Positions 13,884 through 26,467 are shown, counted from the first letter of the stretch. The stretch: 64,000 bases of DNA from the human T2T-CHM13v2.0 reference genome, Homo sapiens (GCF_009914755.1 NC_060932.1), one strand, 5' to 3'. The notes: a model not told the origin generated them from the letters alone. A program made the numbers and translations.

Positions 13884-13901
13884 TGGTGCCGTGACTCGGA
13901 T
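13884..13901 (+). promoter_or_regulatory. HERV-H primer binding site (tRNA-His)
   Basis: TGGTGCCGTGACTCGGAT, an 18/18 complement of the tRNA-His 3' end. Confidence 0.95.
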
Positions 13902-14342
13902 CGGGGGACCTCCCTTGGGAGATCAATACCCCGTCCTCCTGCTCTTTGCTCCGTGAGAAAGATCCACCTACGACCTCAGGTCCTAAGACCGACCAGCCCA
14001 AGAAACATCTCACCAATTTCAAATCCAGTAAGCGGCCTCTTTTTACTCTCTTCTCCAACTTCCCTCACTATCCCTCAACCTCTTTCTTCTTTCAATCTTG
14101 GCGCTACACTTCAATCTCTCCCTTCTCTTAATTTCAATTCCTTTAATTTTCTGGTAGAGACAAAAGAGACATGTTTTATCCGTGGACCCAAAACTCCAGC
14201 GCCTGTCATGGACTGGGAAGGCAGCCTTCCCTTTGTGTTTAATCATTGCAGGGATGCCTCTCTGATTATACACCCATGTTTCAAGGGTGTCAGACCACGC
14301 AGGGACACTTGCCTTGGTCCTTCACCCTTAGCGGCAAGTCCC

Positions 14343-14500
14343 GCTTTTCTTGGGAAGGGGCAAGTACCCCAATCCCTTCTCTCCTTGTCTCTACCCCTTC
14401 TCTGCTTCTCTGGGGAAGGGGCAAGTACCCCAACCCCTTCTCTCCTTGTCTCTACCCCTTCTCTGCTTTTCTGGGGAAGGGGCAAGTACCCCTCAACCCC
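14343..14500 (+). repeat. ~61-bp tandem repeat (about 2.5 copies) in the HERV-H leader
   Basis: Unit GCTTTTCTGGGGAAGGGGCAAGTACCCCAACCCCTTCTCTCCTTGTCTCTACCCCTTCTCT, recurring at 14343, 14404 and 14465. Confidence 0.85.
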
Positions 14501-15598
14501 CTTCTCCTTCACCCTTAGCGGCAAGTCCCACTTTCCTAGGGGGCAAGAACCCCCCCAATCGCTTATTTCTGCACCCCAACCTCTTATCTCTGTGCTCCAA
14601 TCCCTTATTTCCACACCCTGACCTTTTATCTCTGTGCCCCAATCCCTTATTTCCATGCCCCAACCCCTTCTCTGCTTTTCTGGAGGGCAAGAACCCCCCA
14701 CCCCTTCTCCGTGTCTCTACTCTTTTCTCTGGGCTTGCCTCCTTCACTATGGGTAAGCTTCCACCTTCCATTCCTCCTTCTTCTCCCCTAGCCTGTGTTC
14801 TCAAAAACTTAAAACCTCTTCAACTCACACCTGACCTAAAACCTAAATGCCTTATTTTCTTCTGCAATGCCGCTTGACCCCAATACAAACTCAACAGTAG
14901 TTCCAAATAGCCAGAAAATGGCACTTTGAATTTTTCCATCCTGCAAGATCTAAATAATTCTTGTTGTAAAATAGGAAAACGGTCTGAGGTGCCTGACATC
15001 CAGGCATTCTTTTACACATCAGTCCCTTCCTAGTCTCTGTGCCCAGTGCAACTCATCCCAAATCTTTCTTCTTTCCCTCCTGCCTGTCCCCTCAGTCCCA
15101 ACCCCAAGCGTCACTGAGTCTTTCTAATCTTCCTTTTCTACAGACCCATCTGACCTCTCCCCTCCTCGCCAGGCCGAGCTAGGTCCCAATTCTTCCTCAG
15201 CCTCCGCTCCTCCACCCTATAATCTTTTTATCACCTCCCCTCCTCACACCTGGTCCGGCTTGCAGTTTTGTTCCATGACTAGCCCTCCCCCACCTGCCCA
15301 GCAATTTAATCTTAAAAAGCCAAAGGCATAGTCAAGGTTAATGCTCCTTTTTCTTTATCCCAAATCAGATAGCGTTTAGGCTCTTTTTCATCAAATATAA
15401 AAATCCAGCTCAGTTCATGACTTGTTTGGCAGCAACCCTGAGATGCTTTACAGCCCTAGACCCTAAAAGGTCAAAAGGCCATCTTATTCTCAATATACAT
15501 TGTATTACCCAATCTGCTCCCGACATTAAATAAAACTCCAAAATTTAAATTCCAGCCCTCAAACCCCACAACAGGATTTAATTAACCTCACCTTCAAG

Positions 15599-15835
15599 GT
15601 GTACAATAATAGAAAAAAGTTGCAATTCCTTGCCTCCACTGTGAGACAAACCCCAGCCACATCTCCAGCACACAAGAACTTCCAAACGCCTGAACTGCAG
15701 TGGCCAGGCGTTCCTCCAGAACCTCCTCCCACAGGAGCTTGCTACACGTGCCGGAAATCCGGCCACTGGGCCAAGGAATGCCCGCAGCCCGGGATTCCTC
15801 CTAAGCCGCGTCCCATCTGTGTGGGACCCCACTGA
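15599..15835 (+). pseudogene. gag: HERV-H gag nucleocapsid remnant
   Basis: CCHC knuckle CYTCRKSGHWAKEC followed by a truncated second knuckle (CVGPH then stop). Confidence 0.85.
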
Positions 15836-16015
15836 AAATCAGACTGTTCAACTCACCTGGCAGCCACTCCCAGAGCCCCTGGAACTCTGGCCCAAGGCTC
15901 TCTGACTGACTCCTTCTCAGATCTTCTCGGCTTAGTGGCTGAAGACTGACACTGCCCGATCACCTCGGAAGCCCCCTAAACCATCACGGATGCCGAGCTT
16001 CCGGTAACTCTCACA

Positions 16016-17350
16016 GTGGAAGGTAAGCCCGTCCCCTTCTTAATCAATACGGAGGCTACCCACTCCACATTACCTTCTTTTCAAGGGCCTGTTTCCCTTG
16101 CCTCCATAACTGTTGTGGGTATTGACGGCCAGGCTTCTAAACCTCTTAAAACTCCCCAACTCTGGTGCCAACTTAGACAATACTCTTTTAAGCACTCCTT
16201 TTTAGTTATCCCCACCTGCCCAGTTCCCTTATTAGGCTGAGACACTAACTAAATTATCTACTTCCCTGACTATTCCTGGACTACAGCTATATCTCATTGC
16301 CACCCTTCTTCCCAATCCAAAGCCTCCTTTGCATCCTCCTCTTGTATCCCCCCACCTTAACCCACAAGTCTAAGATACCTCTACTCCCTCCTTGGCGACT
16401 GATCATGCACCCCTTACCATCTCATTAAAACCTAATCACCCTTACCCCACTCAACGCCAATATCCCATCCCACAGCACGCTTGAAAAAGATTAAAGCCTG
16501 TTATCACTCGCTTGCTACAGCATGGCCTTTTAAAGCCTATAAACTTTCCTTACAATTCCCCCATTTTACCTGTCCTAAAACCAGACAAGCCTTACAAGTT
16601 AGTTCAGGATCTGCTCCTTATCAACCAAATTGTTTTGCCTATCCACCCCATGGTGCCAAACCCATATACTCTCCTATCCTCAATACCTGCCTCTACAACC
16701 CATTATTCTGTTCTAGATCTCAAACATGCTTTCTTTACCATTCCTTTGCACCCTTAATCCCAGCCTCTCTTCACTTTCACTTGGACTGACCCTGACACCC
16801 ATCAAGCTCAGCAAATTACCTAGGCTGTACGGCTGCAAAGCTTCACAGACAGCCCCCATTACTTCAATCAAGCCCAAATTTCTTCCTCATCTGTTACCTA
16901 TCTTGGCATAATTCTCATAAAAACACACGTGCTCTCCCTGCCAATCGTGTCTGACTGATCTCTCAAACCCCAGCACCTTCTACAAAACAACAACTCCTTT
17001 CCTTCCTAGGCATGGTTAGTGCAGTCAGAATTCTTACACAAGAGCCAGGACCGCACCCTGTAGCCTTTCTGTCCAAACAACTTGACCTTACTGTTTTAGC
17101 CTAGCCCTCATGTCTGCGTGCAGTGGCTGCCGCTGCATTAATACTTTTAGAGGCCCTCAAAATCACAAACTATGCTCAACTCACTCTCTACAGTTCTCAT
17201 AACTTCCAAAATCTATTTTCTTCCTCATACCTGACGCATATACTTTCTGCTTCCCAGCTCCTTCAGCTGTACTCACTCTTTGTTAAGTCCCACAATTACC
17301 ATTGTTCCTGGCCCAGACTTCAATCTGGCCTCCCACATTATTCCTGATAC
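16016..17350 (+). pseudogene. pol: HERV-H pro/RT remnants with stops and deletions
   Basis: Protease FLINTEATHS (catalytic DTG lost); RT blocks NSPILPVLKPDKPYKLVQDL and SVLDLKHAFFTIPLHP. Confidence 0.85.
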
Positions 17351-17689
17351 CACACCTGACCCCCATGACTGTATCTCTCTGATCCACCTGATATTCACCC
17401 CATTTCCCCATATTTCCTTCTTTCCTGTTCCTCACCCTGATCACGCTTGATTTATTGATGGCAGTTCCACCAGGCCTAATCGCCACACACCAGCAAAGGC
17501 AGGCTATGCTATAGTACAAGCCACTAGCCCGCCTCTCAGAACCTCTCATTTCCTTTCCATCGTGGAAATCTATCCTCAAGGAAATAACTTCTCAGTGTTC
17601 CATCTGCTATTCTACTACCCCTCAGGGATTTTTCAGGCCTCCTCCCTTTCCTACACATCAAGCTCGAGGATTTGCCCCTGCCCAGGACT

Positions 17690-18530
17690 GGCAAATTGAC
17701 TTTACTCATATGCCTCGAGTCAGAAAACTAAAATATCTGTTAGTCTGGGTAGACACCTTGACTGGATGGGTAGAGGCCTTCCCCACAGGGTCTGAGAAGG
17801 CCACCACAGTCATTTCTTCCCTTCTGTCGGACATAATTCCTCGGTTTGGCCTTCCCACCTCTATACAGTCTGATAACGGACCAGCGTTTACTAGCCAAAT
17901 TACCCAAGCAGTTTCTCAGGCTCTTGGTATTCAGTGGAACCTTCATATCCCTTACCATCCTCAATCTTCAGGAAAGGTGGAACGGACTAATGGTCTTTTA
18001 AAGGCACACCTCACCAAGCTCAGCCTCCAACTTAAAAAGGATTGGACAGTACTTTTACCTCTTGCTCTTCTCAGAATCAGAGCCTGTCCTCGAGATGCTA
18101 CAGGGTACAGTCCATTTGAACTTTTATAGGGATGCACTTTCTTGCTTGGCCCTAACCTCATCCAGACACCAGCCCTCTAGGCGACTATCTTCCAGTCCTC
18201 CAGCAGGCTAGACAGCAAATTCGCCAGGCTGCTAATCTTCTCTTGCCTACTCCAGATCCCCAGCCATATGAAGACACCCTAGCTGGATGATCAGTTCTTG
18301 TTAAGAATCTGACCCCTCAAACTCTACAACCTCGATGGACCGGACCCTACTTAGTCATCTATAGTACCCCGACTGCCATCCGCCTGCAGGATCCTCCCCA
18401 CTGGTTTCACCATTCCAGAATAAAGCTGTGTCCATTGGACAGCCAGCCTAATCCCTCCTCTTCCTCCTGGAAGTCGCAAGTACTTTCCCCTACTTCCCTT
18501 AAACTCACTCGTATTTCTGAAGAACAGTAA
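17690..18530 (+). pseudogene. pol: HERV-H integrase remnant
   Basis: WQIDFT, WVDTLTGWVEAF, SDNGPAF and SSGKVERTN (DDE-region motifs) in frame to a stop at 18129. Confidence 0.88.
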
Positions 18531-19219
18531 TAACACTTATGAGCCTAATACATCCCTTCATTCTATTAGATCTTTTCGTCCTTACCCTACTTTTTGCAAC
18601 AGGGCTTTACGAAGCCACCCCCACCACTTAGACTGTGCCCCAAAAAAACTTGTCATCCCTACTATCTTTTTTCTAGTCATACTCCTATTCACCGTTCTCA
18701 ACTACTCATACATGCCCTGCTCTTGTTTACACTGCCGGTTTACACTGTTTCTCCAAGCCATCACAGCTGATATCTCCTGGTGCTATACCCAAACTGCCAC
18801 TCTAAACTCTTGAAGTAAATAAATAATCTTTGCTGGCAGGACTATGCTGAATCTCCTTAGGTACTCTCTAATCAGATGTCCTAGGTCCTCCCAATTCTTA
18901 GACCTTTTATACCTGTTTTTCTCCTTCTCTTATTCCATTTAGTTTCTCAATTCATCCAAAACCGTATCCAGGCCATCGCCAATCATTCTATACAACAAAT
19001 GTTTCTTCTTACATCCCCACAATATCACCCCTTACCACAAGACCTCCCTTCAGCTTAATCTCTCCCACTCTAGGTTTCCACGCCACCCCAAACCCGCCTG
19101 AAGCAGCCCTGAGAAACATCTCCCATTCTCTCTCCATACCACCCCCCAAAAATGTTCACCGCCCCAACACTTCAACACTATTTTGTTTTATTTTTCTTAT
19201 TAATATAAGAAGGCAGGAA

Positions 19220-19634
19220 TGTCACGCCTCTGAGCCCAAGCCAAGCCATCGCATCCCCTGTGTGACTTGCACGTATACATCCAGATGGCCTGAAGTAACT
19301 GAAGATCCACAAAAGAAGTAAAAATAGCCTTAACTGATGACATTCCACCATTGTGATTTGTTCCTGCCCCACCCTAACTGATCAATGTACTTTGTAATCT
19401 CCCCCACCCTTAAGAAGGTCCTTTGTAATTCTCCCCACCCTTGAGAATGTACTTTGTGAGATCCACCCCGCCCACAAAACATTGCTCTTAACTTCACCGC
19501 CTATCCCAAAACCTATAAGAACTAATGACAATCCACCACGCTTTGCTGACTCTCTTTTCAGACTCACCCTGCCTGCACCCAGGTGAAATAAACAGCGATG
19601 TTGCTCACACAAAGCCTGTTTGGTGGCCTCTTCA
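19220..19634 (+). promoter_or_regulatory. HERV-H 3' LTR, missing last 17 nt
   Basis: Starts TGTCACGCCTCTGAGCCC after the PPT; stops at CTCTTCA and lacks CACGGATGCACATGAAA seen in the 5' LTR. Confidence 0.92.
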
Positions 19635-20469
19635 TTTATTTTTAGTTTACAAAAGCAATCATTTTGGCCATTATGGTCTGAATTAAATTGCCACTAGGAA
19701 AAACTATATATATTTTAAAGTTGGGATGATGCCATTGTGGTGGGATAATCTGGAAGAAGCTTAATTTGTGTTAACTTATTTCTATTTATTCTTAATATTT
19801 GCCTATTTCCCCCCGCTATAACATAGCTCCCTGAATACAGGAATACTTGTCTGTTTTGTTCCTGGATATTTCTCCAGCTCCTAGAAAGTGCCTGACCTGG
19901 AGAAGGTGCTCATGAAGCATCCAATGAATCAGTGTTTCTTCTACTTGTGGGACTGTCCTACCAGTCCCCTATTGACTCCAGTAGGGATGGCACCATGTCT
20001 GAGAGGCCAAAGAAGAGACCTGGAGACAGAAGGTTTATTAGCATGGAGGGGGTGGGAACTTACATACAGAGAAATCCAGCGGAGGCAGGCTGGACAGGAG
20101 AACTACTATTGTTTGTAAACAGCATGTTGTGTATAAAACATTTTCACTTAGCACCCTCTACCTGGCAACCTCCATTTAACCCAAAACAAAGGGCCTCAAC
20201 TCCCTCTATGGCCTGTGTTCCAAAGAATGGGCAGAGGTTTCAGACGACCATCATAGATAAAGCAAATCTCTGGGTTGGCCACTGCCACTCTTAGATTCTG
20301 TGAAAGGAAAATCTTGGGGTCCCCAAATTACTAAACTAAAGGGAAGAGTCAAGCTGGGGACTGCTTAGGTCAAACCTCCCTCCCATTCTATTCAAGGTCA
20401 TCCCTCTGCTCACTGAGCTAGAGGCAGATCTGACTGCCTCCTTCAAAAAGGCTTCAGAAATTCAATATG
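19635..20469 (+). repeat. ~836-bp direct duplication, right copy
   Basis: Second copy of 12623-13458; continues seamlessly into the rest of the MER4A LTR. Confidence 0.97.
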
Positions 20470-20837
20470 CAACCATTTATCTCTCACCTACCTGTGACCT
20501 GGAAGCCCCCTCCCTGCTTCAAGTTGTACCTGCCTTTCTGGATGGAACCAATGTACTTCTTACATATATTGATTGATGTCTCATGTCTCCCTAAAATGTA
20601 TAAAACCAAGTTGTGCCCTGACCACCTTTGGCACATGTCATCAGGACTTCCTGAGGCTGTGTCAAGAGCGCACATCCTCAACCTTGGCAAAATAAACTTT
20701 CTAAATTAACTGAAACCGTCTCAGATACTCAAGGTTTACAATTCCTTAGCTTGGAATTCTGAACACATGTTCTTCTTAGACCATAGGGTTCTTCTTAGAG
20801 TATGCTTGTTATTGCTGTAGGGTGCATCTGCCCTACA
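19954..20837 (-). mobile_element. ERVL-class solo LTR (LTR47-like), interrupted by MER4A; left part duplicated at 12943-13287
   Basis: Reverse complement starts TGTAGGGCAGATGCACCCTACAGCAATAAC; degraded 5-bp TSD GGGAC/GGCAC. Confidence 0.55.
20299..20740 (+). mobile_element. MER4A/MER4A1 solo LTR; its first ~170 bp are duplicated at 13288-13458
   Basis: TGTGAAAGGAAAATCTTGGGG...GGTTTACA; 4-bp TSD ATTC on both sides. Confidence 0.85.
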
Positions 20838-22089
20838 GGCACTGCCACCTTCCTCCTTGTGCCAGTGTCCCGATGTCCCAGGAAATGCATCAGGCAGATC
20901 CAGGCATCTCTGACTGAGGTTGAAGGTTCAGGTCCATTTTTGGTCTGTGACATCTTTTCTTTTCAGCCCTCACTACTGACTTGAAGGGTCAGCTCTCTCC
21001 GGGCTGACACTGAAAAACGGTGTCACTTTTCTGCGTGGGCAGAGAACTTGTTGCTGTTTTGTGCCTATTGCTAGAATTGGCTCTGAGAGGAAAGGTCAGG
21101 CCTACCTCTCTGCTGAGACTTAAGGGTTATAATTGTTTGGAATTTTCCACAAGGTGAGCACCATATGCACTCATGGAGCTAATGCCCTGGGCAAAATGGG
21201 TTCCAGCAGTACAGTCAGTCAGGTGGCTCCCAGAGCATTGATTTTCATAGGCCTGAAAAGCTATGGGGCTCCAGGAGCATTTGAATAAGGATGATTTAGG
21301 GAGATCTACATAATGTTTGTAGCTTTTCAATTCCCTCCCAGACAACCTGAACTAATGTGTGAGAACAGAGAAAGCTGATTCCCAAAAAGCCAGTCCTTAA
21401 GGGCCTGAACCCGGCAGGCCCACTCTCCCATTTTCCATCTCTCCAAATCCTCAAGGCCAGCACAATCCTGCCTCTGGGAAACACCCTCTGACCTTTATTA
21501 ACCACGTGAATTTTGCTCTCTCTAAATTCCCACGCTACCTACTATTTCATCTGTTCAATTAACATTGACCAAGCTCCTACTTTGTTACAAGCAAATGAAA
21601 ATGACAATGCCATCATCCTCCCCTCGTGGGGAGTTGGCAGGGAGACACATGCTCGTCAGAGCATGCATCACTCATTAATATTAATGTATACTGCCTTAGG
21701 ATGCTTTTCACTTCATCTGCATGTGTATACATCTATGTTTTAATTACATATGTATGAACTGGTTTTCCCATAAGACTATAAGCATTTGAGACATTTTGAG
21801 ATTGGGGCTGTATCTCATGTGTTAATTCACAGGGTGCATAGTATAAAGCAAAGCTACGATCATTCCTTTTGAAATGGAAAGTAAATGGATTTGGGGAAGC
21901 AGAGTGCTGCGGTCAGAGCATCTTCTGGAAGAAAAGCAGCAAGTCACTCGTGTGAAATAATGAAGCATTCGTGGTTGGTTTCACTTGCACTTTTTCCACT
22001 TGAAAAAAATCCCCACAAGTTATGAAGCTAGAACAGAACAGAATCCTACTGCTGACCTCAGAGTACACTGTGGACTGATAATTTCCAGG

Positions 22090-23950
22090 TGTATCTTTTC
22101 AGGGAGGCCAAATAGGTAATTAAGAAGCAACGAAGGATTTTCCTAAGGGAAAAAATTAAATTGGATCTCTATTTTATACCATACACAGATATAAATTCCA
22201 AGTAAATTAAAGATCAAGATGCAAAAAGAAAACCCAGATAGCTAATAGAACAACTCTTTATATTCTTGAGATAAGAAAGACCTTCCTAATAAACAAAAAA
22301 TACCATAAAGCCGTAAAGAAAAATATTGAGAGATTTGAGCAGATAAAATTAAAAACTTCTTCAATAAAGAAAAAGTATTTTTTAAAAAGCCACCAAGGAG
22401 GAGAATATTATCCATACCATATAAAGACCAATGAGAAAGGTAAATTTTTAAAAAGCTATCTATAAAAAAGGATAAATAAAATGACATAGGCTGGGCACAG
22501 TGGCTCACACCTGTAATCCCAGCACTTTTGGACGCTGAAGTAGGTGGATAATCTGAACTCAGGAGTTCAAGACCAGCCTGGGCAACATGGAGAAATCCTG
22601 TCTCTACCAAAAATACGAAAAATTAGCCGGGCATGGTGGCGCATGCCTGTAGTCCCAGCTACTCAGAAGGCTGAGGCAAGAGGATCACTTGAGCCCAGGA
22701 GGTGGAGGTTGCAGTGAGCCAAGGTTGTGCCACTGCACCCAGCCTGGATGAGAGAGTGAGGGCCTGTATAAAAAAATAATAAAATAAAATAAATGACATA
22801 AAAAGGAAAGTTACAGAATACAAATGCCAATAAGCGTGAAAAAAATGTTAACTCTTACAAGTGTTCATGGACAAATCTATCCTTTGTTGATAGGTTTGAC
22901 AGAGTTTAAAATGATTGACAATGTTAACTCTTGGTGAGGTTGTGAAGATTTCCTCACACACTGCTGGAGAAAGTGTAAATTGCCCTCTCCTTTTGGGAGG
23001 ACAATCATGTAACATCTAACAGAATTGTAAATGCACATAGCTTTTCATCCAGCGGTTCCCTTCTTGGAATTTACCCTTAGATGGGGTCCAAGAAGACCAT
23101 ACACAGAAAAAATAAGCTACATAAGGTGGAACAATATGTGTAATATATACCACTGATGTCAATTTGTTAAATAAAACATGATTGTTACATATGTTTTATA
23201 TATATGTAAACAATGATATTTACTGCAGCTTTTTTTTTAGAGTAAAAAGTTGAAAACAACCTCATAGGAGAATGGTTAATCTAGTGATGATCTCTTCATA
23301 ACCAGATGACTAGGCAGAGCCTTAAACAGTGACACAGAAATTTATTTTAAGACATGTCATTACATGAGAAAAGCAAAACAGAACAATACAAGGTCTCTTT
23401 TATATTTTTTTAAAAAAACATATTGCATCATATGATGTTTTATCCCCTACTTTGAACATCAAAAATCTGAATACATCTTAAAATCAATAACATCATAGAT
23501 TAATTGGCAGTGTTTTTTCTTTCTTAGTGGTACATAAAATCATTGCATGCCTTACAAACAAAAGGATCATATATTTGTTAGGAATGTGGTGTATATACAT
23601 AAATTTATTATGCAAATGAGCTTTTTCAAAGTCAGGAAGGATGCCTACTACAATGTCCATAGGAGATAATCTGTAAGATGTGTCTGATTAAACAAGGTAA
23701 GGGGATGGGAATGTTTTACTCTGTATGTTTCTATGTTTGAATTTTAACTACATGTGAAATAGAATCCCATTTGAACAGTTAAAAATATATGTGCCTAGAA
23801 AAAAAAATCTAGTGGAATGTAAGCCAAAATATTATCAGTAGTTTTCTCTGGGTAGAAAAGTCATAATTGACTTTTATTTTATTTTTTGGTTTGTTGGTAT
23901 TTCTGTATTTTCTCCTACAGTTAATACATATCAGTTGAATATATTTTTTA
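22090..23950 (+). mobile_element. Old L1M fragments (ORF2 3' end / 3' UTR)
   Basis: A-rich degenerate L1 motifs, e.g. TTGGATCTCTATTTTATACCATACACAG and CTCACACACTGCTGGAGAAAGTGTAAATTG. Confidence 0.6.
22489..22788 (+). mobile_element. AluJ
   Basis: GGATCACTTGAGCCCAGGAG right arm (J diagnostic); TSD AAATGACATA. Confidence 0.9.
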
Positions 23951-26467
23951 AAAGACAGCATGAAATTCCAAGACGTGCTGCATTAACTCCACCTGTAGCA
24001 ACGGACATGTCAGGAAGCCCTGAGTTTACATTATCAATATACAAACACGCTTGCATCCCTGCTCACTTACACAGACAGCCAGTTAAGTAATCATGGGCAG
24101 AGATGCCTACACTTGTCCTCACCTGAGTGTGTTTATTATGTCATGGGTACCAAAGACAAGTGAAATAGGTCCCTGCTCTCTGGGAGCTTCTAGCCTAACT
24201 CAAGGTGTAGGTTAGAGAGGATGTATACAATATGGAGAGCCCTGGCCCAGCCAGTTGACTTGCTGCTGAGACAATCTCATTTTGCTACAATTTCAAAAAT
24301 GATAAACCACCTGCCTGATGAATTGTGAGCTCCTTAGGCAAACTAGCGGGATGATTGGGATCAAAAACACTCAACTTCATTAATCCCAGTATCTTCAATT
24401 GTGTGACTTAAGCTAAACCTGTGTTTTTATTGCCATTAGTCTATTTTTGTCTTTATCATAGTAAAATCCATTTTACAATGTGATTTTATAAAATAAGGTA
24501 TCCTTCTCTGATTAAAATCTTTTAGAAAGAAAGAAAGAATTTTATTATTTTGAGATACTGTACCTCTTTGAAGTCATCTGGACTGAGTGTTCTCATTTTG
24601 ACTAAAAATGAGAGGGCAAGTTCATCAGGGCCTCTGCTTTCAGATGCCATCAGTGGAAGAGAGAAGCTGTGGATCATTGCCACGATGGCAGAGCGTCCTG
24701 TTCCCTGCCAATGGCGAAGCTTCTTTAGTGATCACATGGATCCAGTGCTCTCAGCAATGATGAGCTGTATGTGTATTTCTTGGTTGCTTAGAGTAAACAA
24801 AGAATTTATTTTGGCTCCAGTGATGTTTCAGACCTTCTCCTGTTTAAAATCAAGCTGACTTCGAATCATACATCTTTGTTTCCACACATGAAAATATGAT
24901 GCCATTGTATCCCCAGATGTTAGAGACCTAAACACACTCACTTATCCTGTTAGCAGTTTTCTCCTCATCTGACTCCATTTGGGGAATAGGTATTCACTCC
25001 TCTTTCCAGAGAGGACCTCAGCAGACCATAGCCACATGTTGCATGGCTCAGCTGGACTCACAGACCCAAGGAAGAACAAGGAGAAGTCTTGTTCTTCCAA
25101 AGAGCAGTCTGGAGTATAAATAAATACACCAGACCATGTGCATAGAAAACATAGGCTGTTGGGAGAACTGGAAAGAGATTCTGAGGATGAGAGAGTGGCT
25201 GAGAGGAACGGGAACAATAGTAACTCAGATAATTATCTACAAAGGTAATCAGAGGCAAAAAGATCTTTAATACAGTGAGAAACAAAAAGCTAACTATCAA
25301 CAAGTGGCAATTAGGCTGACAGCTGACTTAGCAGCAATGATGGAAGTCAGAAAACACTAGATAAGTATCTTCAAAATGCTGATATAAAATAACTGTCAAC
25401 CTAGGTCAATACATTTTGTAGAAATATTTCTCAAGAACAAGAGCAAAATAAACACATTTTCAGATGGACACTGAGAAAGTTAGCCTCCAAACTCACACTA
25501 ATGGAAAATCTATGTCATACTATAAAAAGTAAGAGAAAAGAAGAAAAAAAGGATTCCAGAATCTAGTTCTGAGATACAGAAAGTAGTAAATTGTAATTGT
25601 AAATAAAGAAATAAATTATTTTAAATTGTTAAGTTTGGAAAAAATCTAAAACATGTTATACAAAATAATATTTAACTTGTGGGGGTCAAAAGAGCTAACA
25701 CAACGGACAATTTCTTGTTGGGGTTTTCCTAAGGTCTTTGTATTATTTGAAAGGTGAATTAAAGACACTGATGAACTTTTCATTCTTTAGGATGCATGTT
25801 GTAGTTTTTAGAATAACCATTAGAAAAAGAGAGAAAAAGAATAGAATACAGGAAAAATTTAATCTGTTCCAAAACATGACAAAATACAACTTTAAAAATT
25901 GGGACAAATAAAAGCATATAATAAAATGTTGGAAGTAAGTTCAAATATATCAGTAACCTCAAAACATGAAAATGGGCTGAATTATTTACTTAATAATTAG
26001 GAATTGTCAAAAAATATTCTGCTATAGTCTAAGACATGACACGCATGAAACATAAAAACATATAAAGGCTTAAAATAAAAGGACAAAAGCAATAATATTC
26101 CAGGCAAATACTAACCCAAATAAAGTCACTGTTGCTCTATTATATCAGTAAAAACTTTGAGGCAAATAGCAGAAGACCAGTACATAATAGAAAAAGTTGA
26201 GTTCAGCAGAATATACCGTTCTAAATTTGCATAGACCTATTAGTGAAGTTTACAATATGTAAAGAATATTTGATGAAACTACAATGAGTAATTGACAAGC
26301 AAAGCCATTTAATACACTTGATCCAGTGACCACATATTAAACCCTGAAGCCAAAATAAAGTTGGCTGTTTGTAAAGGTTGGTATAATGGACAAACCTCTG
26401 GTGGGTTTGACCTAGGGAAAAAAAAGGAGAGAAAAAGATATAAAAACCAATATTAGAAATGAAAAGA

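Larger units (their letters stand above)
13462..19634 (+). mobile_element. HERV-H provirus (~6.2 kb, internally deleted RTVL-H2-type), LTR7Y-like LTRs, both outer ends clipped
   Basis: Two LTRs (13462-13881, 19220-19634), perfect His PBS, PPT AAGAAGGCAGGAA at 19207-19219, gag/pro/pol remnants, env largely deleted. Confidence 0.96.

Noticed and set aside
14343-14700. Regular repeats as a CRISPR-like array
   Set aside because: They are contiguous tandem units with no unique spacers, inside the HERV-H leader of a primate genome.
13755-14877. 288-aa and 175-aa ORFs
   Set aside because: They lie in the C/T-rich HERV-H LTR/leader repeats, where stop codons are scarce; no protein motifs are present.
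13462-19634. HERV-H as an L1-mobilised processed copy (to explain the odd ends)
   Set aside because: The 5' LTR still has nearly all of U3, the 3' LTR runs well past AATAAA, and there is no poly-A tail or 7-20-bp TSD.
24540-24900. Possible processed pseudogene or exon as donor of the templated insert (102-aa plus ORF; minus frame with only two TGA stops)
   Set aside because: I recognise no protein in any frame, and there is no poly-A/TSD; BLASTX would be needed.
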